Shown: piece by piece, positions 1 through 11,946 of the stretch
Position numbering within the stretch: position 1 is the first letter of the stretch
How the letters are laid out: each line of letters begins with the position of its first letter
Source: Emiliania huxleyi CCMP1516
Taxonomy: Eukaryota
Length of the DNA: 64,000 nt
Direction of reading: 5' to 3'
Assembly: GCF_000372725.1 (NCBI RefSeq)
Contig: NW_005201403.1
Coordinates: 62,001-126,000 of the forward strand
Program-made: the position numbers and the translations under genes
The notes under the pieces: generated by a model
What the model was told of the DNA's origin: nothing
Seen by the model: the letters and a program-made list of their open reading frames with translations, nothing else
Databases searched by the model: none

Positions 1-332
1 CGAGCACCCGTTCCCCCCCGGAATTCGCAAACAATGTGTGACGAAACGCAAACGGCGGTTTAAAAAGTGATTGCTTTTGACTTTTGTGTGGCACCATGTG
101 GTGCAAATGTAGAGCTATACACCTAGAGGTAGAGCTACACGCACACACGGTGTGTGTGTCTGTGTTATAATAGGACATGGACACCGACATGAAAGCTGCG
201 CTGTTGTGAGGTGTCTATCATGTTCATGTATGTGTCTGTGTCCAATGCGTGTGTACAGAGCGGCCACAGCGCATGAGTACCCATGATCATCTGGGTGCCG
301 ACCCGTCTATATCTAGCCGTCTTTCTCTAGAG

Positions 333-3271
333 CTACCTCTTCCCCTTCTTGCCGCCGAATCCGCGCACGGAAAGCGGCACGAGGCCATACCGGCGCTTGG
401 GCTTCACAGCAGGTGGCGCAGACGCCGTGGCCGCCGTTCTCGTTCGCTCCTTCCCGGCCGGCGGCCGCGCCGCCGGCGCTGCGCCGAATGCCGGCGGCCT
501 CGCAGCAGCGGCCGCGGCGATCGCCGGCGCCTCGGCGTCAGAGAGGCGGTTGTAGCCGCGGGCTGCTGGCGGTGCGGGCGCGCCACGCCTCTTCGTTGAG
601 AAGTCGGCGAAGGAGAGCGAGAGCTCGGAGTAGGTTTGCTCGAGGCCTCGCGACCTCCGGCTCAGCTCGAGCAGCCGCGCCTTGACGAGGAAGACGAGGA
701 AGTGTCTAGGAAGTGTCTAGGAAATGTCTAGGAGCAGCCGCGCCTTGACGAGGAAGACGAGGAAGTGTCTAGGAAGTGTCTAGGAAATGTCTAGGAGCAG
801 CCGCGCCTTGACGAGAAAGACGAGGAAGTGTCTAGGAAGTGTCTAGGAAATGTCTAGGAGCAGCCGCGCCTTGACGAGGAAGAAGAGGACCTGCGCACAG
901 CCGACAAGGGTGAGCGGGGGGAGGGGGGGAGGCGCATCGCCTCGGCGAGGGGCGAAGAGGACCGTCATCGCGGGAAGTGTCTAGGAAGTGTCTAGGAAAT
1001 GTCTAAGAGGACCGTCATGGCGGGAGCGAAGAGCAGCACGGCGAGAGTGGCGCCCTGCCCGTCGCGGGCGAGGAAGCGACCCGCCATCGCAGAGACGGAG
1101 GAGGCGCCTGCAGGAAGGTTCCAAGAAGGTTCCAAGAAGGTTCCAAGAAGCGACCCGCCACCGCAGAGACGGAGGAGGCGCCCGGCGGCGCCGCGCGCTG
1201 CGCCTCCTCGCCTGCGGGCAGCTAGAGGCGTCAAGAGAGTACCGCTCGCAAGCTCGCAGCGCGCGCTGCGCTCCCTCGCCTCGAGCGACCAGCGACTCCA
1301 CCTGCTCGTCGATGAGCCAGCCAAAGGGGACGAACGTGTCGCGCAAGACGAGGACCTGCCGCGGCGCGACAGAGCCTCAAGGCCGCAGAGAGGGGGTGGG
1401 GTGGGGTGGGGTGGGGGCGGGGAGAGCGGGCACCCATCCCCATCCGACAAAGAAGGCCATCGCGCCCGAGATGAAAGCCCTCTCTGACTGGGCGCGGTCC
1501 TAGGCCGAGATCGACCGAGATCATCCGAGATCACCCGAGATCTTCCGAGATGAGAGCCCTCTCTGACTGGGCGCGGCCTTCGAGATGGCGCCGTCGCCGC
1601 CGCCGACAAGGCAGAGCCAGAGGACGCATCCGGCGGTGAGGGCGAGAGTGACGGCGAGGTTCTGCAGCGCGACGTGCAGCGTCGGCTTGGCGTACAGGGT
1701 GGGGACGAGGTCGCACACGACGTCCGTCCACGCGCAGCCCGCTACCCACCCGAGCGTGGCCTGTGGGCGCGGCTGGGCGGGTCGCGGAGAGGAGCATCGG
1801 AGATGTGCACGCGTGGGCCATCGCTGCAACGTGGCCTCGGGTACTCTCGGCCCATCTACGGCTCATCTCGGCCCCTCTCGGCCCACCTCGGCTCATCTCG
1901 GCTCCTCTCGGCCCCTCTCGGCTCCTCTCGGCCTGCGCGAGGTTGGAGAACTCGACCAGCGCCTCGTCCTTCTTTGCCTTCATCTCCAGCGCCGCCACGC
2001 GAGCCGTGTTCGCTCGCTCGCCCAGCTCCGGCTCGCCGTCGCGCGCCGCCGCCGCCGCCGCCGTCGCCTCCGCGCCCTCTGCGACGAAGTACTCCTCCAT
2101 CGCCTCCAGCCAAGTCGCCACCGCTGACCCGACCGCGGTGATCGAGATTGCCCAAAAGATGTAGATACGGGTCGTCACGCCGCCCTGGTCGGGCTCGACG
2201 CCGTGCAGCTCCATCTGCGCAGGGGGAGGGGCGGCCTGGGGCGAGGGGAGGAGGAGGAGGAGAGGGGCTCGCCGCGGATTTGTGGAGGACCGATGCCCAG
2301 GCCGACCACCACCGAAGATGCGAGGTGACCCGAGATTCCCCGAGATTGCCCGAGATTGCGCGCCTTTGTGAGGACGGACGTCCAGACGAGGAAGTGTCTA
2401 GGAAGTGTCTAGGAAATGTCTAGCCTTTGTGAGGACGGACGTCCAGACGACCATCACCGTAGTGGCTGCCGCCTTGGAGACCAGCTGCCAGATCGACTCG
2501 ACCCAGTCCTCGAGCCAGTCGACGACCCTACCATGAAACTCTCTCCCTCATTCACTGCTACCTCGACCCAGCCCTCGCCGCAGCAGTCCGCCTCCCGCTG
2601 CCGCACTCGACCGACTGCGTGAAGGGCTTGAGCAGCGTGATGAGCAGCGTCGAGCCCACCGTCACGAGCGCCGCCAGAGCGAGGTTGAGCCGCGTGCAGT
2701 CCGGCGCCTCCAGTGCTTCGGCTGCCGCTGTCCCGTTGAGCGCCGCCGGCATGTCGCAGAGCTCGGGCCGCGCTGCGCGAAGCTCTCGAAACAGCTGCAG
2801 AAAGGTATCGCCACCCGCCCAGCCGGCCAGCATGCCCGTCATGGACGGGACCGTCTCCGCGCCCGGCAGCGACGCGCATACAGACGAGCGCGCGAGGTGC
2901 TGGACGAGCCCGGCGACGACGCACAGACCCGCCGCGAAGCGCAGCATCGCGATTGACGAGGCTTGCTCTCCACCACCGCCCCACGGGCGAGGGTGGAGGT
3001 TGAAGATGTAGATGGAGAGCAGCTGGTGCCACGTGAACGAGAGGACATAGGCGGCCGTGCCGTCGAGGAAACCGCCCATGACACCGAGCTTGCCACTCAT
3101 CGCCGAGTCGAGTGCGCGCAAGAAACCGCGCGTGTCTCCTCGCCGGACAGCGAGGCCGAGCGCCCGCTGCTGAGGAGAGAAGAGCGTCGTGAGCCACCCC
3201 ATGTGGAAGGGCGGCGCAGGCGGCGCAGCAGACGGCGCAGCACCGTGCAGCGTCTCGCGCGAGGCACTCAA
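333..3271 (-). CDS. Multi-exon multi-pass membrane protein, unknown function
   Basis: ORF 2558-3271 and 1531-2214 carry hydrophobic segments (AYVLSFTWHQLL, LNLALAALVTVGSTLLITLL, RIYIFWAISITAVG, NLAVTLALTAGCVLWLCLV). Removing GC-AG introns 1500-1577, 1212-1279 and 1108-1181 gives continuous frames (AISK|DRAQSERAFISGAMAFFVGWGW; VARG|EEAQRAAPPG|ASSVSAMAG). Last exon ends in TAG at 333-335. Confidence 0.6.
669..880. repeat. 63-bp tandem repeat: exon piece plus (AGGAAGTGTCT)3 spacer
   Basis: GAGCAGCCGCGCCTTGACGAG recurs at 669, 732, 795 and 858, separated by AGGAAGTGTCTAGGAAGTGTCTAGGAAATGTCTAG. Confidence 0.9.
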
Positions 3272-3561
3272 GAAGGAAGGCCGCCGTATTTGGGAAGTTA
3301 CTTTTTCTGCGGCTCCGGTGGTGTGCCGGTGATAGTACTAGCACGCGCCAGTTCGCACCTGTGTCGAGCCTGTCTGCTGTGAGAGAGAGTTGTCTTGTCT
3401 AAATACTTTTTCTGAGCTGGCCAAGGAAACAAAGCAAGGCTCACATGGCATATCGCTCTCGGTCTTTCTCCTTCCTGAACCCGTGCTTTTTACTTTTACG
3501 TTCACACCGCGTCGCTGAAGGATAGAGCACTTGAGCACTTGAGCACTGACTGGATAGGGTC

Positions 3562-4430
3562 CGTCTGAACCACAGCGTGTCCCGACTCGACCGCCGGCGT
3601 CCCGGTCCGGGGGTGTTTCTTTTCTTACCATGTAGAGCAAGGTCGAGGGCGGGCCCTCTCGGGCTCGGGCCGCCCTCTCGCCCGCACCTCTGCGGGGCTT
3701 GCACGTGGTAGCGGCGGCTCAAGATCCCAGCGATCTCGAGTTCTTCACGCTATCCACTGCGCCGCGGCTTCGCCGCGCCCATCCAAGCCCAGGGCTTGGT
3801 TTGCTGATAACCGCATCTCGCTCTGCGCATCTCTGAGGCTACCCGCGCGCCGACTGCTACGCGCGCGGCGAGAGGCGCACCCCATCGGGGACAGGATTGA
3901 GGCCCCTGTACAAGCTCGGCAACGCTGCCGTCGTTGCCCTCCCGAGCCCTCAACACGATGCCGCACATTGCGCAACCCGTTCTGCGCACATGCCGCAGGG
4001 AGGAGTTTTCACTCTCCCGTCCGAGTTTCTCCTTCCTGCAGGGCGAGAGACATCAGCCTCTCTACTTCCAGGAGAACATCTATGCCACACGCTATCCCTG
4101 GACGGTCCACAACCCACACTCTCGCTGCAGTCGATCCAGCCCTCGCACTCCCCACTGGAGATCTAGCCGAGGCCCCGGCGGACAGGATTGGAGCCCCTGT
4201 GCTGCGTCTGTGGTGATATGTGGGGGACACTTTCTCCTCCCTATTCATGTCAGTCACTCGACTGCGTCGAGGGGGGGGACGTCTGAACCACAGCGTGTCC
4301 CGACTCGACCGCCGGCGTCCCGGTCCGGGGGTGTTTCTTTTCTTATCCGTTACCATGTAGAGCAAGGTCGAGGGCGGGCCCTCTCGGGCTCGGGCCGCCC
4401 TCTCGCCCGCACCTCTGCGGGGCTTGCACG
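3562..4430 (+). mobile_element. Miniature non-autonomous LTR retrotransposon (TRIM-like) with non-canonical termini
   Basis: Direct repeats 3562-3705 and 4280-4430 differ by a 7-bp indel. 5-bp TSD GGGTC at 3557-3561 and 4431-4435. PBS-like TGGTAGCGG directly after the 5' repeat. Purine tract GAGGGGGGGGA directly before the 3' repeat. Confidence 0.8.
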
Positions 4431-5107
4431 GGGTCGATTCCGCATGGACCATGGTACGGGACCCCTCGATCGTCTCGCCCTCCCTCTCTGGTGTGGTCAT
4501 TGGGGGGGGTCCATAGCAAACACGGTACAGGATCGAGGTGCACGCTGCTGAGGCAGTGTCGCCCCCCCTCTCCCCGCTCCCCGGCGGTGATGGCGGTGTG
4601 ACCGATCGAGCACGAGCTACAAGAAAGAAAGAGGAACTTGCTTGTTCAGCAAGCAGGATCCGAGTTAGACCAGTGCACTACCATCTGCTTCACTGGGCCT
4701 GAGACCACCGGAACGCGGATAGAGACAAGCGGCCCGGGGGGCGGGGGAGCGAGTCTGAGAGAGAGTTGCATGCCACGTCCCACGAGGAAGCCGGGCCTGA
4801 CTGACCTACAAACAAAGGAAAGAAAGGTCAAGTCGTGGCACAAGCTGGGTTGTGGCGCAGGCTCGGCGGCTGCGACGTATGGTCGGACCGATTTCTCGCG
4901 AAAAAGAAAGATCTTTCACCGCAAGGGCTCGACTCCAGAAAAAAAGAAAGAAAACAGACAACCCAAGGGAGGGACGTGAGGACGGCACGCCGCCACCAGT
5001 ATTTCTTAGCAGGAGTTAATAATGGCGCCACGTACTTCTGCAATATTGCTGTCAGGTCTGTGAGCGGCGCGAACGCCTTAGCGACCACCGCCGCATAATA
5101 CTGTATC

Positions 5108-6535
5108 ATGCCACTACCCGGCGAGGGCTTGTGCCTGGCGGGTGTCGCAGACCCGACCCGCCAGTTCTGCTGCAATGCGACGTGCGGCACGTGCGGAGGG
5201 CGCGGCTGCTCGCAGAGACCTGGAGGCGCTCGCCAGTGCTGCGGGCCTGCCATAATCAGGACAGGACGCCATTGCCGATCCCGCAACGAGGTAGCCTGCT
5301 CCATGGAGGGGAAGGGTCTGCAGCTGCCAGAATGCGAGCGTTGCAGCTTGTGGGACAGCCGCCGTTGTCACCGCCGCCCGACCTGGTCAGCCGCTTCACG
5401 AACAACGCGCTCACTGATGGAGCAGGGTGTCCGAGAATGGCTACACTTTGATGTAGCGGGCGGAGATCGCTCCGTAATTTATTGGGTGACACCAAAGGCG
5501 GCGCACACTAGTATTATGCATCTGCTCCGACGCCCACCATTCCGACTTTCTGGGATCACGAACCTCAGCAAGGCGCTTGCGTTGAAGCCATTTGAGTTCA
5601 CCTTCGTTCGCGAGCCGCTGCAGCTGCTGATCTCGGCTGCTGGTCAGCTACATCACTGCTTGATGTTAACACAGCCTGGTGTTTCACTCCTTGGCTCAGG
5701 TCATGTCCTGGCCAATGCAGACGACGTCAAGCTGATGCTCGACCTATTTTTTCGGGATGACCTTCAAGGATCGTTCGGGTTAGGCCCCTTCCGGAACACG
5801 AGTCAGCTGGGAAAACTCAAGAATTTCAGTCTTTGGCGCTTGAAGTCTTGGGCGACAGGCATGCGCAACTGCGCGCGCGACCACTTGCGCCCACAGGTCT
5901 CAGGCTACAACTTCGATCGGCAACAGGGGGTGGCTCGGTTGCACTTTGTTGGCCGCGTCGAGCGCTTGCGGGAGGATTGGCAGGCAATGCTTAACGAACT
6001 CAGTGTAGCCTCTGGGCCAGTTCGCATTCCGAACAAAAACTCGCGAAAGGCTACGCTTCCAAGTGGCTTGCGGCCCTCGGGGGTGGAGTGGCGGAGGCTC
6101 GAGTCTGATGCGACTGTTCGCCATCACCTCGCTTGGGACTGGCAGTGTTTCGATGCTTCTTTCTTCGCCAGGAACGCTTGTAGCGTCTCACGTTCCTCTG
6201 CATGCACAGCCCACGCTTCCTACAAAGAGTACCAACTCAAGACGCATGTCAAATACACATTCAAGGCGCAGGGCGAGGGGCAGGCAAAGGCACTCAAGGA
6301 CGCACTCAAGACGCAGGGCGAGGGGCAGGCAAAGGCACTCAAGGAAATCTCAGTGCAGATCGAGGCACTCAAGACGCAGGGCGAGGAGCAGGCAAAGGCA
6401 CTCAAGGACGCACTCAAGGCGCAGGGCGAGGAGCAGGCAAAGGCCCTCAACGATATCTTGTCCGCACAGACGGCCGTCCTGACCCAACTTGTATCCGACC
6501 TGCATGTGCTTCCAAAAATCCGGCGCGCTCCCTGA
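5108..6535 (+). CDS. Carbohydrate sulfotransferase (Sulfotransfer_2 family) with N-terminal Cys-rich module and C-terminal coiled-coil repeats
   Basis: 475-aa intronless ORF. 5'-PSB-like YWVTPKAAHTS, 3'-PB-like FTFVREP..LIS, HLRPQ, and LHFVGRVERLREDW. N-terminal CCNATCGTCGGRGCSQRPGGARQCC. Confidence 0.75.
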   Translation: MPLPGEGLCLAGVADPTRQFCCNATCGTCGGRGCSQRPGGARQCCGPAIIRTGRHCRSRNEVACSMEGKGLQLPECERCSLWDSRRCHRRPTWSAASRTTRSLMEQGVREWLHFDVAGGDRSVIYWVTPKAAHTSIMHLLRRPPFRLSGITNLSKALALKPFEFTFVREPLQLLISAAGQLHHCLMLTQPGVSLLGSGHVLANADDVKLMLDLFFRDDLQGSFGLGPFRNTSQLGKLKNFSLWRLKSWATGMRNCARDHLRPQVSGYNFDRQQGVARLHFVGRVERLREDWQAMLNELSVASGPVRIPNKNSRKATLPSGLRPSGVEWRRLESDATVRHHLAWDWQCFDASFFARNACSVSRSSACTAHASYKEYQLKTHVKYTFKAQGEGQAKALKDALKTQGEGQAKALKEISVQIEALKTQGEEQAKALKDALKAQGEEQAKALNDILSAQTAVLTQLVSDLHVLPKIRRAP

Positions 6536-6589
6536 GACGGGATGCTGAGTGAGGACCTGTGTACGTGAGTGGTGTACAGTGTCATGTCT

Positions 6590-6822
6590 ACTAGCTCCGA
6601 GTAGAGGGGGCGTTCTGAAGTTAAGGGGAAACCCGGTACACGGAACCAACCCTCGGAGACCTGTGTTTACTTTAAGGCCCTTTCCCTGCGAACGCGCACC
6701 CCCGGGGCTAGGGCTCTCTTGCCCGCAACCCGATGCCAATCATCCGGCCCGCTGGGTGCGCTTCTTAGCTCCCCGGCCCTGGATGTGCGGTTGATGACTG
6801 CACTCCAAGTGCTCCAAGTGCT
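6590..6822 (-). repeat. Dispersed ~235-bp repeat; inverted copy at 58041-58270, partial copies at 17687-17915
   Basis: CTAGCTCCGAGTAGAGGGGGCGTTCTG...GCGAACGCGCACCCCCGGGGCTAGGGCTCTC...GATGACTGCACTCCAAGTGC is the reverse complement, with scattered differences, of 58041-58270. Confidence 0.85.
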
Positions 6823-7059
6823 CCTCTCCTCGAGGGCGCTCCGTGTCGAATTTCTTGTGCGCGCCAGTCCCGTGCCTAAGAAAGAAAAAAACACCGTGTT
6901 GTTGTCAGAGCAAGCGATTTCTTTTCGGCTCTTCACGCTCCTGAGACGCCCCTCTAAAAAGAGCTGGGCGGGCGGGTCGTCTACTCGACAGGGCCCACCT
7001 ATACACAAAGAATGGGCAAACGCTGGGCCGGGCGCCGGCCGGTGCTCGACCTGGCCGGC

Positions 7060-8719
7060 ATGAGCGCCGCCGTGCCGCCGTCCTCGCACAACGAGGAGCC
7101 GCCGCCGCCGCCCGACGGCGCCGCGGCGCCGGCACCGGCTGCCAATCCGGCTGCCAATCCACAACGAGAAGCCGCCGCCGCCAATCCGCTGCTAGGGCTG
7201 CTCGGTGCGTACCACGACGACGAGGACGAGGACGAGAGCGGCCCAACGGACGGAAGCGCGCCGCAAAGCATCGCCGCAGAGTCCGAGTGGTGCGCCTGGG
7301 GCGCGTGGGAGCGCTGCCACGATCCCGCCTCATCGGCATACTACTTTTGGAACACCGAGACCAACGAGGTGCGGTGGACCGCGCCGGAGCCGCCGCCCGC
7401 AGCATCCGTCGCGGCGGCGCAGCCTGAGGCCGCCGAGCCGGAGCGTGCCCACGCCGGCGGAGGCGGGGCGTCCGCCGCCGCGTCCGACTCCGCCGGAGAC
7501 GGAGCCCCTCTCGCCCCTCTCGCCCCTCTCGGCGAGCCGCCGCCGCCGGCCCCGGACGCCGCCGCCGCCGCTGCTGACGCCGACGCTCCCGCCGCCGACG
7601 ACGACACCGCTGCTCCTGCCGCTGCCGACGCCGCTGCCGACGCCGCCGCTCCCGCCGCCGCCGACGCCCCCGCCCCGGCCGCCCCTCGCCCGTCTGGGGC
7701 GCAGCGCCGCAAGAGGCGCCGCACCTTCGAGGGCCTCGGCACAGGCACCACTCCAGCGGCGGACACCACTGCCTCCGCGGCGGGCATTGCGGCAGCGGGG
7801 GACACTGCGGCAGCGGGCTCCTCGTTGGAGCCCGAGCCCGCGCTGGCCCCGGTCGCCTCGGCCGCCGCTTCGTCCGGTGACGCCGCCCCATCCCGCCCGC
7901 CGCCCCGCGCCTTCCCCTCTGACCCGCCTCCCCCCCCGGGCGACAGGCGGCGGAGAGGAGGCGGGCGGCGGAGAGGAGGCGGACATGTCTAGGACACGTC
8001 CATGACATGTCCGAGACATGTCCTTAGGCGGGCGGAGAGGAGGCGGGTGAGCCCGACCTGGCGGGTGCCATCGCAGCGTCGCTCGAGCAGGCGGCAGCTT
8101 CGAATCGTGTAGCTGGGAGTAGTGTAGCCGTGAATAGCGTCACTGAAGCAGGCGGCAGCGCCGCAGCCCACACACACACCCGGCAATGAGCCCCGAGCCG
8201 CGCCCGCCGGCCGGCGCCTCGCCGCCTTGCCTGGGCTGACCTTGCCCCCCTCCCCGGCCCGCCCCTCAGATGTGCACGCGCCTGCCCGTCCTGCTCCGAA
8301 CCATGCAGGCCGAGCCGCCGCGGGGCAGGGGCGCGGCTGGAGGCGGGCAGGGCGGCGGCGGGCAGGGCGGCGGCGGGCAGGGCGGCGGCGAGGCGGGCGG
8401 CGGCGAGGCGGGCGGCGGCGACGGCGGCGAGGACGGCGCTGGCCAGGCCACTCCCGCCCGCCCCCCGAGCCCTGCCTCTCCCCCTCCCCCTGCCCTTGCT
8501 GCCCCACCCGATTGCAGCTTCTGAGACCCGAAGCAAGGCGCTGCCCGGGCTGCGCTATTCAACCTCTTCACACCGCCCCCAGGGCCTGCGCGCACTGCAC
8601 GGCTTCGAGACGCGGCGCGNNNNNNNNNNNNNNNNNNNNNNNNNNNNNNNNNNNNNNNNNNNNNNNNNNNNNNNNNNNNNNNNNNNNNNNNNNNNNNNNN
8701 NNNNNNNNNNNNNNNNNNN

Positions 8720-8780
<61 letters not shown>

Positions 8781-9746
8781 ACACCCTCCCCCCCCTCCCG
8801 CCTCCTCTGCAGGCGGGAGCGCTGCAGAGCCCGTACCTCTGGTCCCTCCTCCACCGAGACGGCGCACAGCTGCTCCACACCCTCGAGGCGACACACCTGC
8901 CGCCCGGATGGACGCTGTGAATAGTGTAGCTGTGAGTAGTGTAGCTGTGAATAGGCGCTCCACCTGCCTCCCGGCTGGACGCGCGCGTGGGACGTGTCCA
9001 GCCGCGGCTACTATTACGCGCGATCTAGCCGAGATGCAGCCGAGAGGCAGCCGAGAGGCAGCCGAGGTGCAGCCGAGGTGCAGCCGAGGTGCAGCCGAGG
9101 TGCAGCCGAGGTGCAGCCGAGGTGCAGCCGAGAGGCAGCCGAGAGGCAGCCGAGAGGCAGCCGAGAGACCGCCGAGAGGCAGCCGAGGTGCAGCCGAGGT
9201 GCAGCCGAGGTGCAGCCGAGGTGCAGCCGAGGTGCAGCCGAGGTGCAGCCGAGGTGCAGCCGAGGTGCAGCCGAGGTGCAGCCGAGGTGCAGCCGAGGGG
9301 CAGCCGAGGGGCAGCCGAGAGGCAGCCGAGAGGCAGCCGAGGTGCAGCCGAGAGACAGCCGAGAGGCAGCCGAGGTGTCGAGCGCGGCTACTGCTATGCG
9401 CGCCGCTGTGTCGCACCTTCGCGCAAGGGGAGGGCTGCTGGAGACGCATCCGTGAGAGGCGCTTCTGTGAGAGGCGTCAGGCGCACCCTGCAAGCGGCGC
9501 GGCGCAGTGGGACCCGCCGGCGGCCAAGGAGGGGGAGGAGGGGGAGGAGGCGGAGGGGGCGGAGGGGGCGGAGGGGGCGGAGGAGGGGGGGGCGGAGGGG
9601 GGGGCGGAGGGGGCGGAGGAGGGGGCGGAGGGGGCGGAGGGGGGGGCGGCGGGGGCGGAGGGGGGGGCGCCCGTCGTCTCGGACGCGGAGTGGGTGAGGC
9701 GTGCGACGGCGAGGGCTGCGATGCACCCGGAGCGTCGAGCGGCGCT

Positions 9747-9802
<56 letters not shown>

Positions 9803-11398
9803 GCTTGCCCACCCCCTCCTCTTCGGGCGGCGCTTCTTCTTCCTCTGGTGGCGCTGCGTCGGGCGCGGCGTCGGGCGGGGCGGCGGCGGAGCGCTCGGCT
9901 AGCGGCTCCTGCGGAAGGGGGTCGCCGCAGAAGTGGGGCCCACCCCTGACCCTTCTCGGACACTTCCTGCAGGCGAGCCCTGCTGGCGGAGGCCCTGCTG
10001 GCGGAGGCGCTGCTGGCGGAGGCGCTGCTGGCGGAGGCGCGGCCCCTTCTGAGCGGGGAGAGAAGGGCCCGCGCCAGCCTCTCACGGGCGCGGGTGGGCT
10101 GTCCCGCGCCTGGGGAGAGAGAGAGGGGGAGAGAGAGAGGGGGAGAGGGAGAGGGAGAGGGGGGGGAGAGGAAGAGAGGGCGGTCTCGCGCGCAGGCGAG
10201 GAGGAGGGCGGAGCCGCGGCGGAGCGGGGTGCGGCGAGCAGTGCTGCGAGCAGGCCAGAGCAGCTGTTCTGAGGGGGCTGGGGGACTGCTGATGTCACTT
10301 GTTCTCACCGTCCTCAGCACTCGAGCAGGCCGAAGAAGCGACAAGCCCTCGACAAGCCCAGCTCGAGCCGCGCCGCAAAGGGGAGCGCTGCCAAGCGAAT
10401 GGTGCGCCGCCGCACGCTCCCCACCACAGCTCCGCCTCTCTCGCGGCCTCTCTCGCCGCTGGTGCGCGTCGCGCTTCCGGCTCGCGGCAAGCGGGCGTTT
10501 GGGTGGCGCTCGTTTGCGGCGCGGCGGAGGAGGAGGGCGGTGGCGGGGGCTCTTCTCCCGCCCCGCACCTCTCTCCCGCCCCGCACCTCTCTCCACCCTT
10601 GGGCTGCGTCCTCTTCTTTGGGCGCGTGCGGGCTTGCGCGAGAGTGATGCCGGGCGGGGGCAAGGGAGGGCGGGAGAGGGGCGTGGAGGAAGGCTGGCGC
10701 TCGAGGGGAGGGGCAAGGGGCCGGGGCAGGCCGCCTCCAGGGAGGCTTCCCGCCTCCTCCCTTTCCGACGGAGGGAAGGCTTGACGGGGGCTCCGCGGTG
10801 CTCCCCCGGGAGATCACTCCCCCGGGAGGTGCTCCCCCCCTCTCTCTCTCGCAGCTACGCGCAGGAGGAGGCGTGCTCGTCCCGGCGCGGACGCGTCGCA
10901 AGCGCGCGCCCGACCGCTCGGCGCCGGTGCCTCTCGCGGGGGCGGTAGAGGGTCGGCCCGCGGCTAGAGAGGTGCCTCCAGGACTGCCGCCTGATCTGCT
11001 CCCCCCCCCCCCCCCTCCCTCCCTCCTGTGCCGTGTCAGGGGAACCTCGTGCAGCGCTGGAACGCGGCACGCGCCGAGGCGGAGGCGGAGGAGGAGGCAG
11101 AGGCGGAGGAGGCGAGACGCGACGCGAGGCCAAGATCCATCGCTGAGCTCGAGGCAGAGAGGCGACTCCCCCCTCCCCCCCCTCCCGCCGCCCTCACACC
11201 GGCCGCACACTGCCGGCACTGAGGTGCACACTGAGGTGCCTCTCTGCCCCACCGCCGCCAAGGCACGCGCGGCTGGAGGAGTGGCGCGGCTCGCTCACCG
11301 AAGAGGAGCGCGCAGGCAACTCCAACTTCGCGCCCGTCAAGGGCGACTGGCGCGCGCGCGTTGCAGGCAGGCGCGGCGCCGGCGGCGCTAACGACTAA
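7060..11398 (+). CDS. FNBP4: WW-domain protein, formin-binding protein 4-like (multi-exon, spans gap 8620-8719)
   Basis: N-terminal NPLLGLLGAYHDDEDE; WW domain WERCHDPASSAYYFWNTETNEVRWTAP; second WW-like segment near 9430-9520 (QWDPP). C-terminal LVQRWNAAR...LEEWR...GNSNFAPVKGDWRARV resembles the conserved FNBP4 C-terminus. Stop TAA 11396-11398. Confidence 0.7.
8720..8774. repeat. (CA)n microsatellite abutting an assembly gap
   Basis: Direct reading. Confidence 0.95.
9026..9376. repeat. Intronic 11-bp minisatellite (GCAGCCGAGGT / GCAGCCGAGAG)n
   Basis: About 30 tandem copies of two 11-mer variants. Confidence 0.95.
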
Positions 11399-11946
11399 GG
11401 CGAGGAGGCCGCGCTCTTATTGAAGCACCGCTCTTATTGAAGCACCGCGCGTGGAGTATAAGACTGAGAGAGGGCGAGCGGCGCGTACGTTTGTCTACGC
11501 GAGCTTAGCGGGGAGCGCGACTACTTCGTGCTTGCGGACATTGACACTGTTGCGGTGTCATGGTGGGTGTTCGCAGCCGGGCGGGGTGGCCTTCCTTTGT
11601 TTTTGCTTCATGTACGTCTACTGGAGTGCTTAGTGGTACGGTGCTCGTATAAAACGGAACGGAAAAAGTACAATTGTATCGAACCCTACCTCCGTACGCC
11701 GTAACGTACGCACGTTGTCCGTTGTGTCCCTGGCGCGGGTGTGTCCCTCTGGCGGGTGTGTCTGTGTGTGGGGCGCGGTCCCCGGGAGAGTGGGAGGATA
11801 TTAAAAATTGTATGTATGTACAAAGAGAGAGGATTTAGGTTTGGGGCAGAGCGAGTGGGCGAACTTTTCCGCGGTCGTGCTTTTCGGCGGTCGTGGAGGT
11901 CGTGGAAGTCGTGGAGTGGCGAGTCACGCTCGGGCGGACAGCACTG

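Noticed and set aside
669..880. Repeat-spacer-like array as a CRISPR
   Set aside because: The spacers are identical, the context is eukaryotic and no cas genes are present; it is a tandem repeat.
8227..10272. 681-aa ORF as a real protein
   Set aside because: It runs through an N gap, a (CA)n tract and an 11-bp minisatellite; only parts are exons of the FNBP4-like gene.
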